Virus record (IMG/VR): IMGVR_UViG_3300023174_009216
Strand: one strand, 5' to 3'
DNA length: 64,000 nucleotides
Origin: a virus
Lineage: Duplodnaviria > Heunggongvirae > Uroviricota > Caudoviricetes
Positions 1-9,922 of this stretch are shown here, piece after piece. How positions within the stretch are numbered: position 1 is the first letter of the stretch; every line of letters starts with the position of its first letter. The position numbers and the translations under genes are program-made. The notes below the pieces were generated by a model, which saw nothing but the letters and a program-made list of their open reading frames with translations, searched no databases and had not been told where the DNA came from.

Positions 1-142
1 GTAGGATACACTCCGCTCGGATGGTGATTCCCCGATTTCTCTTTATTCTCATACCAATTCTTGAATCCCAATACTTTCATTTATTTAGTTTTATATACCT
101 ATCTATCCTGGAATTTTTTCTATCCTAATGGTATAATATCAG

Positions 143-562
143 ATGACAAAAAAAATCTGGATAAATGGAACATTTGATGTCTTACATATAGGACATCTCC
201 ATTTAATTAAAGAAGCTGCTAATCTTGGCAGTGTTAAAGTTGGGATAGATTCAGATCAAAGAGTGAGAGAATTAAAAGGAGAATCCAGACCTATCAATTC
301 AGAGAATGACAGAAGAGATTTTTTACTAGCAATCAAAGGAGTTGATTCAGTTGAGATTTTTAACACAGAGGATGAGCTAATAGATTTGATAAAATCATAT
401 TCACCTGATTGCTTTGTTATAGGGAATGATTACACAGAGAAAAAAATTATAGGAATAGAACATGTTAAAGAAATAGTATTTATACCAAGAATAAAAAACT
501 ATTCAAGCACAGAAATAATATCAAAAATAATATCTAATGAAAAAAGTATTGGTGATAGGTGA
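143..562 (+). CDS. Cytidylyltransferase-like nucleotidyltransferase, HldE/RfaE domain II-like (heptose 1-phosphate adenylyltransferase-like)
   Basis: 139 aa ORF. N-terminal GTFDVLHIGHLHLI matches the HxGH nucleotidyltransferase signature. Size fits stand-alone RfaE domain II. 26-nt overlap with the downstream kinase ORF. Confidence 0.65.
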   Translation: MTKKIWINGTFDVLHIGHLHLIKEAANLGSVKVGIDSDQRVRELKGESRPINSENDRRDFLLAIKGVDSVEIFNTEDELIDLIKSYSPDCFVIGNDYTEKKIIGIEHVKEIVFIPRIKNYSSTEIISKIISNEKSIGDR

Positions 563-1289
563 ATTTGGTATTGATAGATTTGTTTATGGAAATATAGAAA
601 GACTAAATCCTGAAGCACCCACACCTATTTTAAACATCAAAGAGATGAAGGAGAATTGGGGAATGGCAGGTAATGTCTACAAGAATCTAGAATCACTTAA
701 TAAATTTAATCTTGGATTTGTTTCCAATTATGAGCCGGCAATAAAAACAAGATATGTTGATTCTAAATCAAACTATATTCTTCTAAGAACAGATGTGAAT
801 GATAATATAGAAAGAATTGCAAATATTGATGAAGATTATATTTCAAAATTTGATGCTGTGGTAATATCAGATTACAATAAAGGTTATTTATTAGAGGATG
901 ATATAGTTAAAATAGCTGAAGCATCTAAGATGTCTTTTATGGACACTAAAAAGCCATTAGGAAATTGGTGCAAAGGAATTAACTGGATTAAGATAAACGA
1001 GAAAGAAGCACAGAATCCTAAACATCAGGAAGGATTTTTTTATCTTCTTAAAAAATCTCTTATAGTAACACTTGGCGGAGATGGAGCTTTATACAATGAT
1101 AAAAAATATCCAGCGGATAAAACAAATGTTATGGATGTTGTTGGTGCGGGGGATACATTTATATCAGCATTTGCATGCCATATAATGGAAGGAAATAGCG
1201 TTGATGAATCCATTATGTTTGCTAACAAGTGTGCTTCTGAAGCTGTAAAGAGAAGAGGTGTAACACTATTGAGCGAAGTGTTAAAATAA
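537..1289 (+). CDS. PfkB-family sugar kinase, HldE/RfaE domain I-like (heptose 7-phosphate kinase-like)
   Basis: N-terminal VLVIGEFGIDRFVYG..ERLNPEAPTPIL resembles the RfaE-I N-terminus. C-terminal DVVGAGDTF is the PfkB signature. Confidence 0.7.
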   Translation: MKKVLVIGEFGIDRFVYGNIERLNPEAPTPILNIKEMKENWGMAGNVYKNLESLNKFNLGFVSNYEPAIKTRYVDSKSNYILLRTDVNDNIERIANIDEDYISKFDAVVISDYNKGYLLEDDIVKIAEASKMSFMDTKKPLGNWCKGINWIKINEKEAQNPKHQEGFFYLLKKSLIVTLGGDGALYNDKKYPADKTNVMDVVGAGDTFISAFACHIMEGNSVDESIMFANKCASEAVKRRGVTLLSEVLK

Positions 1290-1293
1290 AAAA

Positions 1294-1311
1294 GGTCCAA
1301 TTTCTTGGACC
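1294..1311 (-). terminator. Hairpin GGTCCAA-TTTC-TTGGACC between convergent genes, with T-run on the minus strand
   Basis: Perfect 7-bp stem with 4-nt loop directly after the stops of 537..1289(+) and 1334..1900(-). A-rich on the plus strand upstream, so a T-run follows on the minus strand. Confidence 0.55.
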
Positions 1312-1333
1312 CTTAAAAATGTATCATTACCGG

Positions 1334-1900
1334 TTAGAATAATCCCATATCGGAAACTAATTTTAGATATTCTTGATCCTTAAGACTTGGTGGTACAACT
1401 CTAAGGTTTCTAACAGACATAGGATCTTCTTCCAGCTTTCTTCTAATTATTTCAACGCCACCCTCGACATTCAATAATTCAGTCTTTGTAATAAAGCTAT
1501 CTTTGTATAATAGCTTCTTTATTAGATATTCCAATCTGTTTTCATAATCCTTCATGTCCAGACAAGCCTTATACCATTTAGGATCATGATCCCATTGTAT
1601 ATTAATTCTATAAGCCTTTCCTGAAGGAGCATCTTCCCAGATAGCTCCGTTAAGATTCATACGAATAGACATAGAGAATGAAGGATGCATAAATCTTAGA
1701 TTCCCCTGTCTTTCACCTTGGAAGGTTTCACCCTCAAGCCTTGGCTCGCCTTTAGCATTAACCTCGGTGTATCCTAAAGATATTAAGTCCGCATAAAGAG
1801 CTGATTCTCTTAGAGGTGTGAAATCTGGTATTGGGCATTTTCTAGGTTTTCTTACCTCATTTACCCCAGACCATTTCTTAAAATTTTTAACATTTCCCAT
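1334..1900 (-). CDS. hypothetical protein
   Basis: 188 aa ORF. No recognisable motif. Confidence 0.5.
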   Translation of the reverse strand: MGNVKNFKKWSGVNEVRKPRKCPIPDFTPLRESALYADLISLGYTEVNAKGEPRLEGETFQGERQGNLRFMHPSFSMSIRMNLNGAIWEDAPSGKAYRINIQWDHDPKWYKACLDMKDYENRLEYLIKKLLYKDSFITKTELLNVEGGVEIIRRKLEEDPMSVRNLRVVPPSLKDQEYLKLVSDMGLF

Positions 1901-1948
1901 TTTTTAATCTTGTTTCCTTATATATCAACGTAGCTAAAAGAAACCTTT

Positions 1949-2983
1949 TTAATCTCTGCTTCCAAATCCAATACCGCCTGATTTATTTCCTTTATTCTTA
2001 GGCTTATTCTTCATTTCTCTAAGATGTGTCAATGTTTCATCATAGGGATTGCCAAGAACCAATGTTGATATAACTAATTCTTTTAAATGAGCTAAGCTAA
2101 ATCCTTCAGAGTCCCTTATCCACTTATTGATATCTATATTCTCTAATTCCTCTTTGGGAAGCTTAGATTCCAAATATGCCCTTCTAATCTTAGAATCTGG
2201 TGGATCTATTCTATATCTTCTATCAAATCTTGATGGTCTGTTTGAAACTCTCTCTTCTAATTTTTCAGGATAATTTGTAGAGGCAAGATATATGACACCC
2301 TCTATTTGTTTTATTCCGTCCAATATGTTTAGAAGCTTTGATGTGGTATATTTGTCTTCGCCTGTTAAAGCATCAAGATCTTCCATTACCACAATTAGCG
2401 GTCTTGATGGTTCTATCTTTCTAACTGTTTGTATAAATTCATCAAAAAGTTCAACCTGATAATGATCCTTTATATTAATAACAATTCCGTCCATCTTCTC
2501 TATTACATGTTTCACACATATCTGTATGATGCCACTTTTACCTCCTCCTGGATCACCGTGTAATAAAATTCCCCTCTTATGTATGTAGTTGTATTTTTTA
2601 AATATTGATCTTCCTTCCCAGAATTTTTTGATGTCAGAAATAATATCCTTTATCTCAGGAGATGGTAGAATAAAAAGCTCTTCTGAAACAACATTGATTC
2701 TTTGTAGGTGCATTCCCTTTTGTGAATCATTTTTTATTTCATATAGGCCGGATGGCAATATATCCACCGTCTTATTGATGGGGAGAAATGCACCATTATC
2801 TAAAGTTGCCCATTGTGAATATCCGCCTTCCTTGTTTTTAACATTATTCTCATGTCCATTAGGAAAATACTCATAGTCGTCTTCAATTAGGTCCCTGATC
2901 ATTTTATTTCTCATTATATCTTGTTTAATTAAGTTTATATTTTTAGTCCTAGCCATTATTTTTTGTATTTTTAATCCCACCAA
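1949..2983 (-). CDS. AAA-family ATPase (classic AAA with SRH motif)
   Basis: Walker A GILLHGDPGGGKSG, Walker B LIVVMEDLD, and second-region-of-homology ASTNYPEKLEERVSNRPSRFDRRYRIDPPD. Confidence 0.8.
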   Translation of the reverse strand: MVGLKIQKIMARTKNINLIKQDIMRNKMIRDLIEDDYEYFPNGHENNVKNKEGGYSQWATLDNGAFLPINKTVDILPSGLYEIKNDSQKGMHLQRINVVSEELFILPSPEIKDIISDIKKFWEGRSIFKKYNYIHKRGILLHGDPGGGKSGIIQICVKHVIEKMDGIVINIKDHYQVELFDEFIQTVRKIEPSRPLIVVMEDLDALTGEDKYTTSKLLNILDGIKQIEGVIYLASTNYPEKLEERVSNRPSRFDRRYRIDPPDSKIRRAYLESKLPKEELENIDINKWIRDSEGFSLAHLKELVISTLVLGNPYDETLTHLREMKNKPKNKGNKSGGIGFGSRD

Positions 2984-3573
2984 TGTTTCATTCCGCTTCC
3001 ATCATACCATTCATCCCATTCCTTTCTTTTATGATTAAATTTTTTCATATCCTGTCCTCTGAATATTTCCCAAAGCTCATTCCATTCTTCCTCCTCTATT
3101 TCTCTGGCTCTTTGATAGACCTTTCTGTTATGTGATTTTTCTTCAGGAGTGTCATTATCAACTAATCTGAAAGATCCTGGTCTATCCTCACATTCTTCAA
3201 ATTCAATTGGATTCATGTAAAGTCCGCCTAATTCTTTCTCTGCCATTTCTATATAGGAATCCTCATTCATTCTATTTAGAATCTCAGCAGCTCTTTTCAT
3301 CTTAGCTACCTTTTTCATTCTGGGAACTGGGACCTCGTTTCCTCCATGTTCAAATTTTTCGGACATTATTTCCAAGGATTCCCTCACGAAATTTAATGAA
3401 TATCCATAGCTGTACCATTTAAATTCCCAAAGTGATTTTCTAAACAACCAGATATTCTTAAAGAATCTAGGAATATCATATCTTAATGTTTCCCATAACT
3501 TATAAGGCCATCTAGATTGCCACTTCAATCTCTTTATGCTTTTAAAAAAACTATTCGAAATACTTACTTTCAT
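2971..3573 (-). CDS. hypothetical protein
   Basis: 200 aa ORF overlapping the upstream stop by 13 nt (operon-like). Confidence 0.5.
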   Translation of the reverse strand: MKVSISNSFFKSIKRLKWQSRWPYKLWETLRYDIPRFFKNIWLFRKSLWEFKWYSYGYSLNFVRESLEIMSEKFEHGGNEVPVPRMKKVAKMKRAAEILNRMNEDSYIEMAEKELGGLYMNPIEFEECEDRPGSFRLVDNDTPEEKSHNRKVYQRAREIEEEEWNELWEIFRGQDMKKFNHKRKEWDEWYDGSGMKHWWD

Positions 3574-3577
3574 CTTC

Positions 3578-3946
3578 CTATTTTAATTTTTCCCAAAGTT
3601 CTACTAGACTATATTTAGACATAGCAGATTGTATAATTTGTGACTTTAGGCTTTCCTCTAATGTTTTTGGTTCTTCTACGTTTACAACCACCCCAGTTGA
3701 TACTGGTTCAGGAACCGCATCATGATATTTGCTATTCTTACATGATTCAAGTTCTGCATAAAGTTCCCTTATCTCTCTATTTGCCATTCCTAACATGCCC
3801 ATAAAGGATGCTATGATCTCTTTAGATTTATGCTTGAAATCCTCTGAATTAGGAAAGTTACTAGAGAGTGAAAGAAATGTGTTCGAATCTCTTTCTACTT
3901 TTTTTTGTAATTTTAGATACTCTTCGGATACGTTGTATTTTGTCAT
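3578..3946 (-). CDS. hypothetical protein
   Basis: 122 aa ORF. Confidence 0.45.
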   Translation of the reverse strand: MTKYNVSEEYLKLQKKVERDSNTFLSLSSNFPNSEDFKHKSKEIIASFMGMLGMANREIRELYAELESCKNSKYHDAVPEPVSTGVVVNVEEPKTLEESLKSQIIQSAMSKYSLVELWEKLK

Positions 3947-4082
3947 AATTTAATTTTTATTTAAGATCATAGCATTTGCCCCAACATAAATTTCAAATCA
4001 TTAATTATAAATTGTTGGATCAAATTCAGATATTCGCCGGAGTAGATTATAGAAGCTAGAGATTCACCAGTAGGTGTATTAA

Positions 4083-4292
4083 TTAAAAATTTCCTTTGCC
4101 GAAAACTTTTTCCATCCATATCGTGTCTTCCTTGGTCATTTGAACAACCTTCCATGTTTCATCGTATCGCATACGCATTTTTATACCATTGTTTACAACA
4201 GTGGTATCAGTTTCTGGTTTCTTCTTTTGGGTTTTCTTCTTTTGGGCATTAGCATTAAAGCTAAGAAATAAAAGTGCAATTAGAATTTTCAT
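4083..4292 (-). CDS. small secreted protein (N-terminal signal peptide)
   Basis: MKILIALLFLSFNANAQ signal-peptide-like N-terminus. 69 aa. Confidence 0.4.
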   Translation of the reverse strand: MKILIALLFLSFNANAQKKKTQKKKPETDTTVVNNGIKMRMRYDETWKVVQMTKEDTIWMEKVFGKGNF

Positions 4293-4295
4293 AAG

Positions 4296-4658
4296 TTATC
4301 TTTTAGGAAGTTTATACTTGTCTACTATTTTATATAGGTTATCTAGGCTTAAATAAATGAAAAGATATATGCTTGGACTGGTAAACGTGCTACTTCCTAT
4401 TTCCCCTTTTTCCTCAGCCCAATCCGCACGATGATTATATTCATATCGATCTATCACAACATTATGTGTGTTGAGAGATATATGGTTTTCTATATAATCT
4501 TCAGCAGATAATTCTTCGTGTGTTTCCCTTATCATACCTTTTAGAATATCAACATGATACGAATCGGAGAGAACTAAGGCATCTTTAAAAAGCTGTTTCA
4601 ATACTTCTATGTTCTCGATATGAGACAGATGAAAAAAACCGTTCCAATTATTTCTCAT
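4296..4658 (-). CDS. hypothetical protein
   Basis: 120 aa ORF. Confidence 0.45.
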   Translation of the reverse strand: MRNNWNGFFHLSHIENIEVLKQLFKDALVLSDSYHVDILKGMIRETHEELSAEDYIENHISLNTHNVVIDRYEYNHRADWAEEKGEIGSSTFTSPSIYLFIYLSLDNLYKIVDKYKLPKR

Positions 4659-5736
4659 TCAATAAAAATTTATTAGATATTGCTTTAAAACTAATTGATC
4701 TATCATATGAGCGTACAACTACACCCTCTCTATCAAATTCTGGGTTTAATACTGATTTACTGTCTGCATATTTAATCATATCTTCAATTGTATCGGGTAA
4801 AAGAAATTCAGTTTCAATAATAGGAACAGTTTCCGCTACTATTGCATGTTGTATAGTTGCAAGAAACATCGGTAAACCATAATAACTCCTGCTATCAATA
4901 TCAAACACATTAAAGAACTTAACAGTATGACCTTTTATTTTATATGGATTTCCCTGAATTCCTTCTCCGATAAGTTCGCCCTGCAGAGAAATATTTTTTC
5001 CATATGCTTCTAGTTTTTCTTTAATCCTCATCTCCCTTGCAACCTTCCAGAATGTATTACCTTCGGTTTCAAGTAAATCTAGGTTTCTTGAACAAACCCC
5101 AAACTCCCCATCTTTCCAATAGAAAGTAGCGGAGCTTCCATCTAGTTTTTCAGTCACATAGAACTGATGCTCTGAAGATATCTTATATTCGGCATACTCT
5201 TTAGATAAATTCTGAACTCTCTCCTCGTCTGTCTTTCTTAAGAAACTTGGGAAGCTGCCTTTAACTTTACCTGCAAGTTCTGCAGGGATTGGAGGCTCAT
5301 ATTTAACGATATGTAACCAGTCTGTAACATCTGTTCCCTCTTCAATCACCAATGCATCATCATAAGGACCAAGTTGTAATTGATCCCCCCAAGGTTGTTG
5401 GCTGATGCCTATTTTCATTTCTTCCCCTTTTTCTAATACTGAAAGTGGCAATATTAAGCCTTGTGAAATTTGTCCCCTCAAGCGGATTGTTTTAAGTCTG
5501 AATCCTTCTTGATCCCCCATTTTCTTATAAGAACTTTTTCTTAAAAATTCAAACTCTGGTTCAACAGGTAAAAAAGAGTCAATTTCACAATAGACTACTA
5601 GATCTCCAATTTCGTGTCCTACATTTTTTGCTACTACTACTTTCCAGCCATCTACAATAGCTAGATCAATAGAATCTGCGCCTTCTATAGGTTGGATATC
5701 AGAGATCCTCCTAAGGGTAGCTAATTTTCTTTCCAT
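4648..5736 (-). CDS. ATP-dependent RNA ligase-like nucleotidyltransferase
   Basis: Candidate motif I TEKLDGSSATF (KxDG lysine adenylylation motif) around residue 195, preceded by an N-terminal domain as in Rnl5/DraRnl-type ligases. Family assignment tentative. Confidence 0.5.
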   Translation of the reverse strand: MERKLATLRRISDIQPIEGADSIDLAIVDGWKVVVAKNVGHEIGDLVVYCEIDSFLPVEPEFEFLRKSSYKKMGDQEGFRLKTIRLRGQISQGLILPLSVLEKGEEMKIGISQQPWGDQLQLGPYDDALVIEEGTDVTDWLHIVKYEPPIPAELAGKVKGSFPSFLRKTDEERVQNLSKEYAEYKISSEHQFYVTEKLDGSSATFYWKDGEFGVCSRNLDLLETEGNTFWKVAREMRIKEKLEAYGKNISLQGELIGEGIQGNPYKIKGHTVKFFNVFDIDSRSYYGLPMFLATIQHAIVAETVPIIETEFLLPDTIEDMIKYADSKSVLNPEFDREGVVVRSYDRSISFKAISNKFLLNEK

Positions 5737-5737
5737 T

Positions 5738-5920
5738 TTATTTTTCTTTTGCTTTTTCTAATAAATCATTGAATGCATTCAAGTAGCATTCATTCTCTGG
5801 CATCCCTGAATGATACAGGTCTGTTGCAAGTTTATCAAGATCGTCCGAACTGATGTTTACTAGAGATAGTTCTTCGACCATCCTATTATACTCGGATTCT
5901 TGTATTACCCAACGTTCCAT
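5738..5920 (-). CDS. hypothetical small protein
   Basis: 60 aa ORF abutting the next gene. Confidence 0.35.
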   Translation of the reverse strand: MERWVIQESEYNRMVEELSLVNISSDDLDKLATDLYHSGMPENECYLNAFNDLLEKAKEK

Positions 5921-6327
5921 TAAATTCTAGATTTAAACTCGTTAATAATGTTGTTAGTGCCTACCGGGTTCATCGAATGAACAAAGATTATAGGCAAATC
6001 TTTTCCTTCTGTTTCATAAAATTCTCTCATCCAGCGTGCACAGTCTAATCCAGTTTTCTCTTTATAGTTCTGAGAATCTTGATACTCTTTGGATTTTTCA
6101 TAATCGTCCCAATATTCAGATGGAGTATAATGCTCGTCAGCAAGATCATGATCAAATGAAACGTGTGAGATCTCATTTATGTGCTTAGAAATTGCATCGA
6201 CAAATTCTTTATAGTCTCTTACAACTAGCCATTCTTCCAAATAGATGGGATTTTTGCTACCTATTCTCTGATGCATGTAAGGTATGCAATGTTCTGGATT
6301 GCGGAAATCGTCTAAAAATATTTTCAT
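5920..6327 (-). CDS. hypothetical protein
   Basis: 135 aa ORF. Confidence 0.45.
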   Translation of the reverse strand: MKIFLDDFRNPEHCIPYMHQRIGSKNPIYLEEWLVVRDYKEFVDAISKHINEISHVSFDHDLADEHYTPSEYWDDYEKSKEYQDSQNYKEKTGLDCARWMREFYETEGKDLPIIFVHSMNPVGTNNIINEFKSRI

Positions 6328-6383
6328 AATTATTTCTTTAGATCCAAATATAAGGGATCTTTGTGGGAATTAAAAATGAAAAA

Positions 6384-7559
6384 TTAACACTGGAATTTAA
6401 GTGACCAACGCGTTTGTCCAACTGGTCCAGTTACATTTATAATCAGATCATTAACTTTTTCTTTTTTATCTAAAGAGATCCTCCAATCAACCCCTTTCTC
6501 CTTGTCAAAATTCTTAACTTGATCCTTATCGAGAATATAAGGAACTATATCCTTGTTTTTATTGAACATTTTTTTATCCTGAGGATTTAATTTTTTATCA
6601 GGAAATGCATATTTGAAATCATTAGGATCTGATAAAGTACCGGACTTAGCCTCGTCCAAAATCCTTTCGGCTTCTTTTGCATCTAGCTCTTTGTATTTAA
6701 TATCTTTAAAGTACCAAGGTTTTTCTTTTTCTTTATAAACATTTCCTATAAGCGTTCCTAATGCCAATCGATAATACTCATTAGGAACACCAAGAAATCC
6801 CGTAGATTTTTTTTCTCCGTTATAATCGTATATAAACATATCAGGGACATCCACTGGATTAACTTGTATAACTATTTTACCTTCCCCGTCAGGATATACA
6901 AATTTATATTCTTCACTTAAAAAATCTGTTTCAACACCTGCAACTCCCCCTTTCTCGTCACGAAAATCTTCCTGTGTGCACGTCATTCCTTCAGGAATAA
7001 GATTTTTTATACCTTTAGATTTTGTCTCGCCCTCCGCCTTCAAAACAAATCTTACAAATTGCTCTTTCTTATATTTTTCATCATCTGGTTTATCCACACC
7101 TTTTGTGTAAGGTGTTTCTCCTATAATATAATTGACATCGATTTTTGGATCGTTGGTAAAAAGTTTTTGAGCCTTATATTCATCCAAGATTTTTCTTAGG
7201 ATTGTTCTAACAGTCTCTCCCCTTTTAGAGGATAATACACCTGGTTTTAATTCAGTTCTCTCTTCGGCCTCATTATCGAAGTTTGTAACCTTTGATTCCC
7301 CTGCCTGTACAGCAATAGAGACTGTATTATTTATATACTTCTTTAAATAATCAGTTATTGGTGCTATCTGGTCCCTTAGTGTTTTTTCTAATTCTGGATT
7401 TTTTTCAGCACTCCACATACCCTTGTCAAACTTAAACTCAAAAGGAATTGTTTGCGCCTCAGCCTTAGTTGTGGTTTCTGTTGCTCCTGTTGCACCTGCT
7501 GCTCCTTCTCCTGTTGCACCAGCTGCTTCAAATAATTTAAATGTCTTAAGATATCTCAT
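6384..7559 (-). CDS. putative capsid-targeted (CTS-like N-terminus) protein
   Basis: N-terminus MRYLKTFKLFE|AAGATGEGAAGATGATETTT shares the MKxIKxFExF + (L/I/F)xE signature with six other ORFs in the window. Gly/Ala/Thr linker follows. Confidence 0.55.
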   Translation of the reverse strand: MRYLKTFKLFEAAGATGEGAAGATGATETTTKAEAQTIPFEFKFDKGMWSAEKNPELEKTLRDQIAPITDYLKKYINNTVSIAVQAGESKVTNFDNEAEERTELKPGVLSSKRGETVRTILRKILDEYKAQKLFTNDPKIDVNYIIGETPYTKGVDKPDDEKYKKEQFVRFVLKAEGETKSKGIKNLIPEGMTCTQEDFRDEKGGVAGVETDFLSEEYKFVYPDGEGKIVIQVNPVDVPDMFIYDYNGEKKSTGFLGVPNEYYRLALGTLIGNVYKEKEKPWYFKDIKYKELDAKEAERILDEAKSGTLSDPNDFKYAFPDKKLNPQDKKMFNKNKDIVPYILDKDQVKNFDKEKGVDWRISLDKKEKVNDLIINVTGPVGQTRWSLKFQC

Positions 7560-7586
7560 TTTTTATGTGATTTATGTATATATCAA

Positions 7587-8045
7587 TTACTTTACCAGCA
7601 TGTCTGCTGCATATGTCATCACAGGGGAGTTTCCTTTATGCCTCACTTTATATCCCATCCCTGTTACAATTCCCACAGCAGTTGCTAGGGCTTGATTAGA
7701 TTTATATTTTGGATCTGGATTAATATCTATATCAATCCATGTTGCAACCAAACTAAGTTCGTTTTTAAGGACCTCTGCAACCTCAACAGATTGCCAAACC
7801 TCTGTTAGCAATCTATTTACACTATCTCTCTCCCTTTTAGTGGTGAATCTAGAATAAAGAACATGAGCTCCTTTCCCTGGTCTATACAGACCAACAACTA
7901 TTGCATAAATTGTTTCTTTATCCTTATTTTGTGAATCGCATCCTATTAGAATTTCTGTTTCTGGATGTTCTTGTAAATAGTCCCTGATGTAAGGAACTAG
8001 TTCGATGTCTTTCTTCTCTGACAGAGTTTTAAATACTTTTTTCAT
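7587..8045 (-). CDS. hypothetical protein
   Basis: 152 aa ORF. No confident motif. Confidence 0.45.
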   Translation of the reverse strand: MKKVFKTLSEKKDIELVPYIRDYLQEHPETEILIGCDSQNKDKETIYAIVVGLYRPGKGAHVLYSRFTTKRERDSVNRLLTEVWQSVEVAEVLKNELSLVATWIDIDINPDPKYKSNQALATAVGIVTGMGYKVRHKGNSPVMTYAADMLVK

Positions 8046-8176
8046 AGTCCTTTCTTTTATATATTGTTTAAATTTTATTAAATTAGTTAGGTTTAAATTT
8101 TGTTCTCATTTTCCTAACGTTGATTTACTACACTGTGGAAAAAACCTGGAATATATAATCGGAATCTTAAACCCGT

Positions 8177-8872
8177 ATGAAAACTATAACCATTGTAATA
8201 CCCTGTAAAAATGAAGGATATCTAGTTATAGACACATTAAAATTTCTTATCAATCAATCCATATCTTTTAAAATTATAATTGCAGACTCATCCGATGAAG
8301 AAAGCAGTATACTTCTTCTTAGAAAGTATCAAAAGATTTATTCCGAAAGAATCCAAATAATACCTGGAGGATTACCTGCAATAGCAAGAAATAACGGGGC
8401 AAAGCTAGCCGAAAGCGATTATCTTCTTTTTTTAGATGCAGACATACATATTTATGATAAACATCTGGTTGAGGAATGCTTAAATATAATATCCAAAAAA
8501 GATTATGATCTTGTCACATGTAAAATGAAAACATTAACAGGAGAACATAATTGGGTTTATAGAATATTTGATTTCTTCCAATGGCTAAGTTCTTTAAGCA
8601 AGCCTTTTGCTTTAGGTGGCTTTATGCTATTTAAAACAGAGACATTTAGAAAATTAAACGGATTCAATGAGAAAGACAAGATTGCTGAGGATTATCATCT
8701 TAGTTCGAAGATTAATCCCAGAAAATTTAAGATCCTTGATTTATATGTACATACTCCGAATAGAAGATTTTCTAAGAAGGGCGTGTATTATATGATTAAA
8801 CTAGCATGGAAAAGCTGGATCAATCGTAATAATGATGAATTTTTCCAAAAAGATTATAACTACTGGTCATGA
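8177..8872 (+). CDS. family 2 glycosyltransferase
   Basis: IVIPCKNEG N-terminal GT-A motif and FLDADI DxD motif. Confidence 0.65.
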   Translation: MKTITIVIPCKNEGYLVIDTLKFLINQSISFKIIIADSSDEESSILLLRKYQKIYSERIQIIPGGLPAIARNNGAKLAESDYLLFLDADIHIYDKHLVEECLNIISKKDYDLVTCKMKTLTGEHNWVYRIFDFFQWLSSLSKPFALGGFMLFKTETFRKLNGFNEKDKIAEDYHLSSKINPRKFKILDLYVHTPNRRFSKKGVYYMIKLAWKSWINRNNDEFFQKDYNYWS

Positions 8873-8963
8873 TAAAAAGAAGTAAGGTTAATATACCATT
8901 TCAAAAAATAGTATTGCTAACTCTAGCTGTACTTATTCTATTAATAGAAATAGCTATTAACAT

Positions 8964-9710
8964 ATGAAATCAGATTATAAAGCAATCATAGTTTCAGATT
9001 TACATCTTGGAACTAAAAACTCACAAGCTAAAGAGTTTATAAACTTCTTAGAGAATCATTCCACTGATCTATTGATTCTTAATGGCGACATCATAGATGG
9101 ATGGGCACTGAATAGAGGATCCAAATGGAAAAAGTCTCACACTAAAGTTATTTCTAAATTACTAAAGATCTCAAATAAAACTAAAATAATTTGGATCAGA
9201 GGCAATCATGATGAATTCATATCTGAATTTATAGGTTCAAGATTCGGAAACATAGAAATAAGAGAGGATTATGTACTAGAACTATACGAATGGTATAATG
9301 ACAAATACAATCCCAAACATTATTATGTTTTCCATGGCGATGTGATCGATGTTTTTATTACAAAATATAAATGGCTATCTAAAATAGGGTCTATGGGATA
9401 CGATCTAGCTCTATGGGTAAACAGATGGTATAATAAATACAGATTATGGAGAGGACTTCCATATCAATCAATCTCTCAAAAAATAAAATCAAAGGTCAAG
9501 ACTGCAACTAACTATATCAATGACTTTGAAAGTGCAGCTGTTAAAATGGCCAAGAAAAAAAATTGTCATGGAGCAATCTGTGGACACATTCACAATCCAA
9601 TTGATTTGTATATTGAAGATGGTCATTACCTTAATTCAGGCGACTGGATAGAAAATAGAACTGCTATTTTCCTAGACCATTCAAATAACTTTAGTATAAA
9701 GGAATTTTAG
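8964..9710 (+). CDS. calcineurin-like metallophosphoesterase (LpxH-like)
   Basis: Motifs SDLHLG, GDIIDGW, GNHD and GHIH in the canonical order for a metallophosphoesterase. Confidence 0.6.
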   Translation: MKSDYKAIIVSDLHLGTKNSQAKEFINFLENHSTDLLILNGDIIDGWALNRGSKWKKSHTKVISKLLKISNKTKIIWIRGNHDEFISEFIGSRFGNIEIREDYVLELYEWYNDKYNPKHYYVFHGDVIDVFITKYKWLSKIGSMGYDLALWVNRWYNKYRLWRGLPYQSISQKIKSKVKTATNYINDFESAAVKMAKKKNCHGAICGHIHNPIDLYIEDGHYLNSGDWIENRTAIFLDHSNNFSIKEF

Positions 9711-9910
9711 TTACACTCTTCTTTATTCTCATTCTTATTCTGAAAAAATTCACAAGTGTGTCTTCTGCTAGGAACCATTTTATAATCACTTTTTTCGTTT
9801 CCTGGTTTAACTAAAGTGCATCTTAGTCCTTGCCCTAGTGCGATTAACCAAGCTAGGTGTTTACAGTTGTAGCAAATCTTTTCTGATGGATCTATTTTAT
9901 CTTCTTTCAA
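9707..9910 (-). CDS. small Cys-rich protein
   Basis: 67 aa ORF with CxxC...C...C pattern. Confidence 0.35.
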   Translation of the reverse strand: MKEDKIDPSEKICYNCKHLAWLIALGQGLRCTLVKPGNEKSDYKMVPSRRHTCEFFQNKNENKEECN

Positions 9911-9922
9911 TTTTTATGTTTT

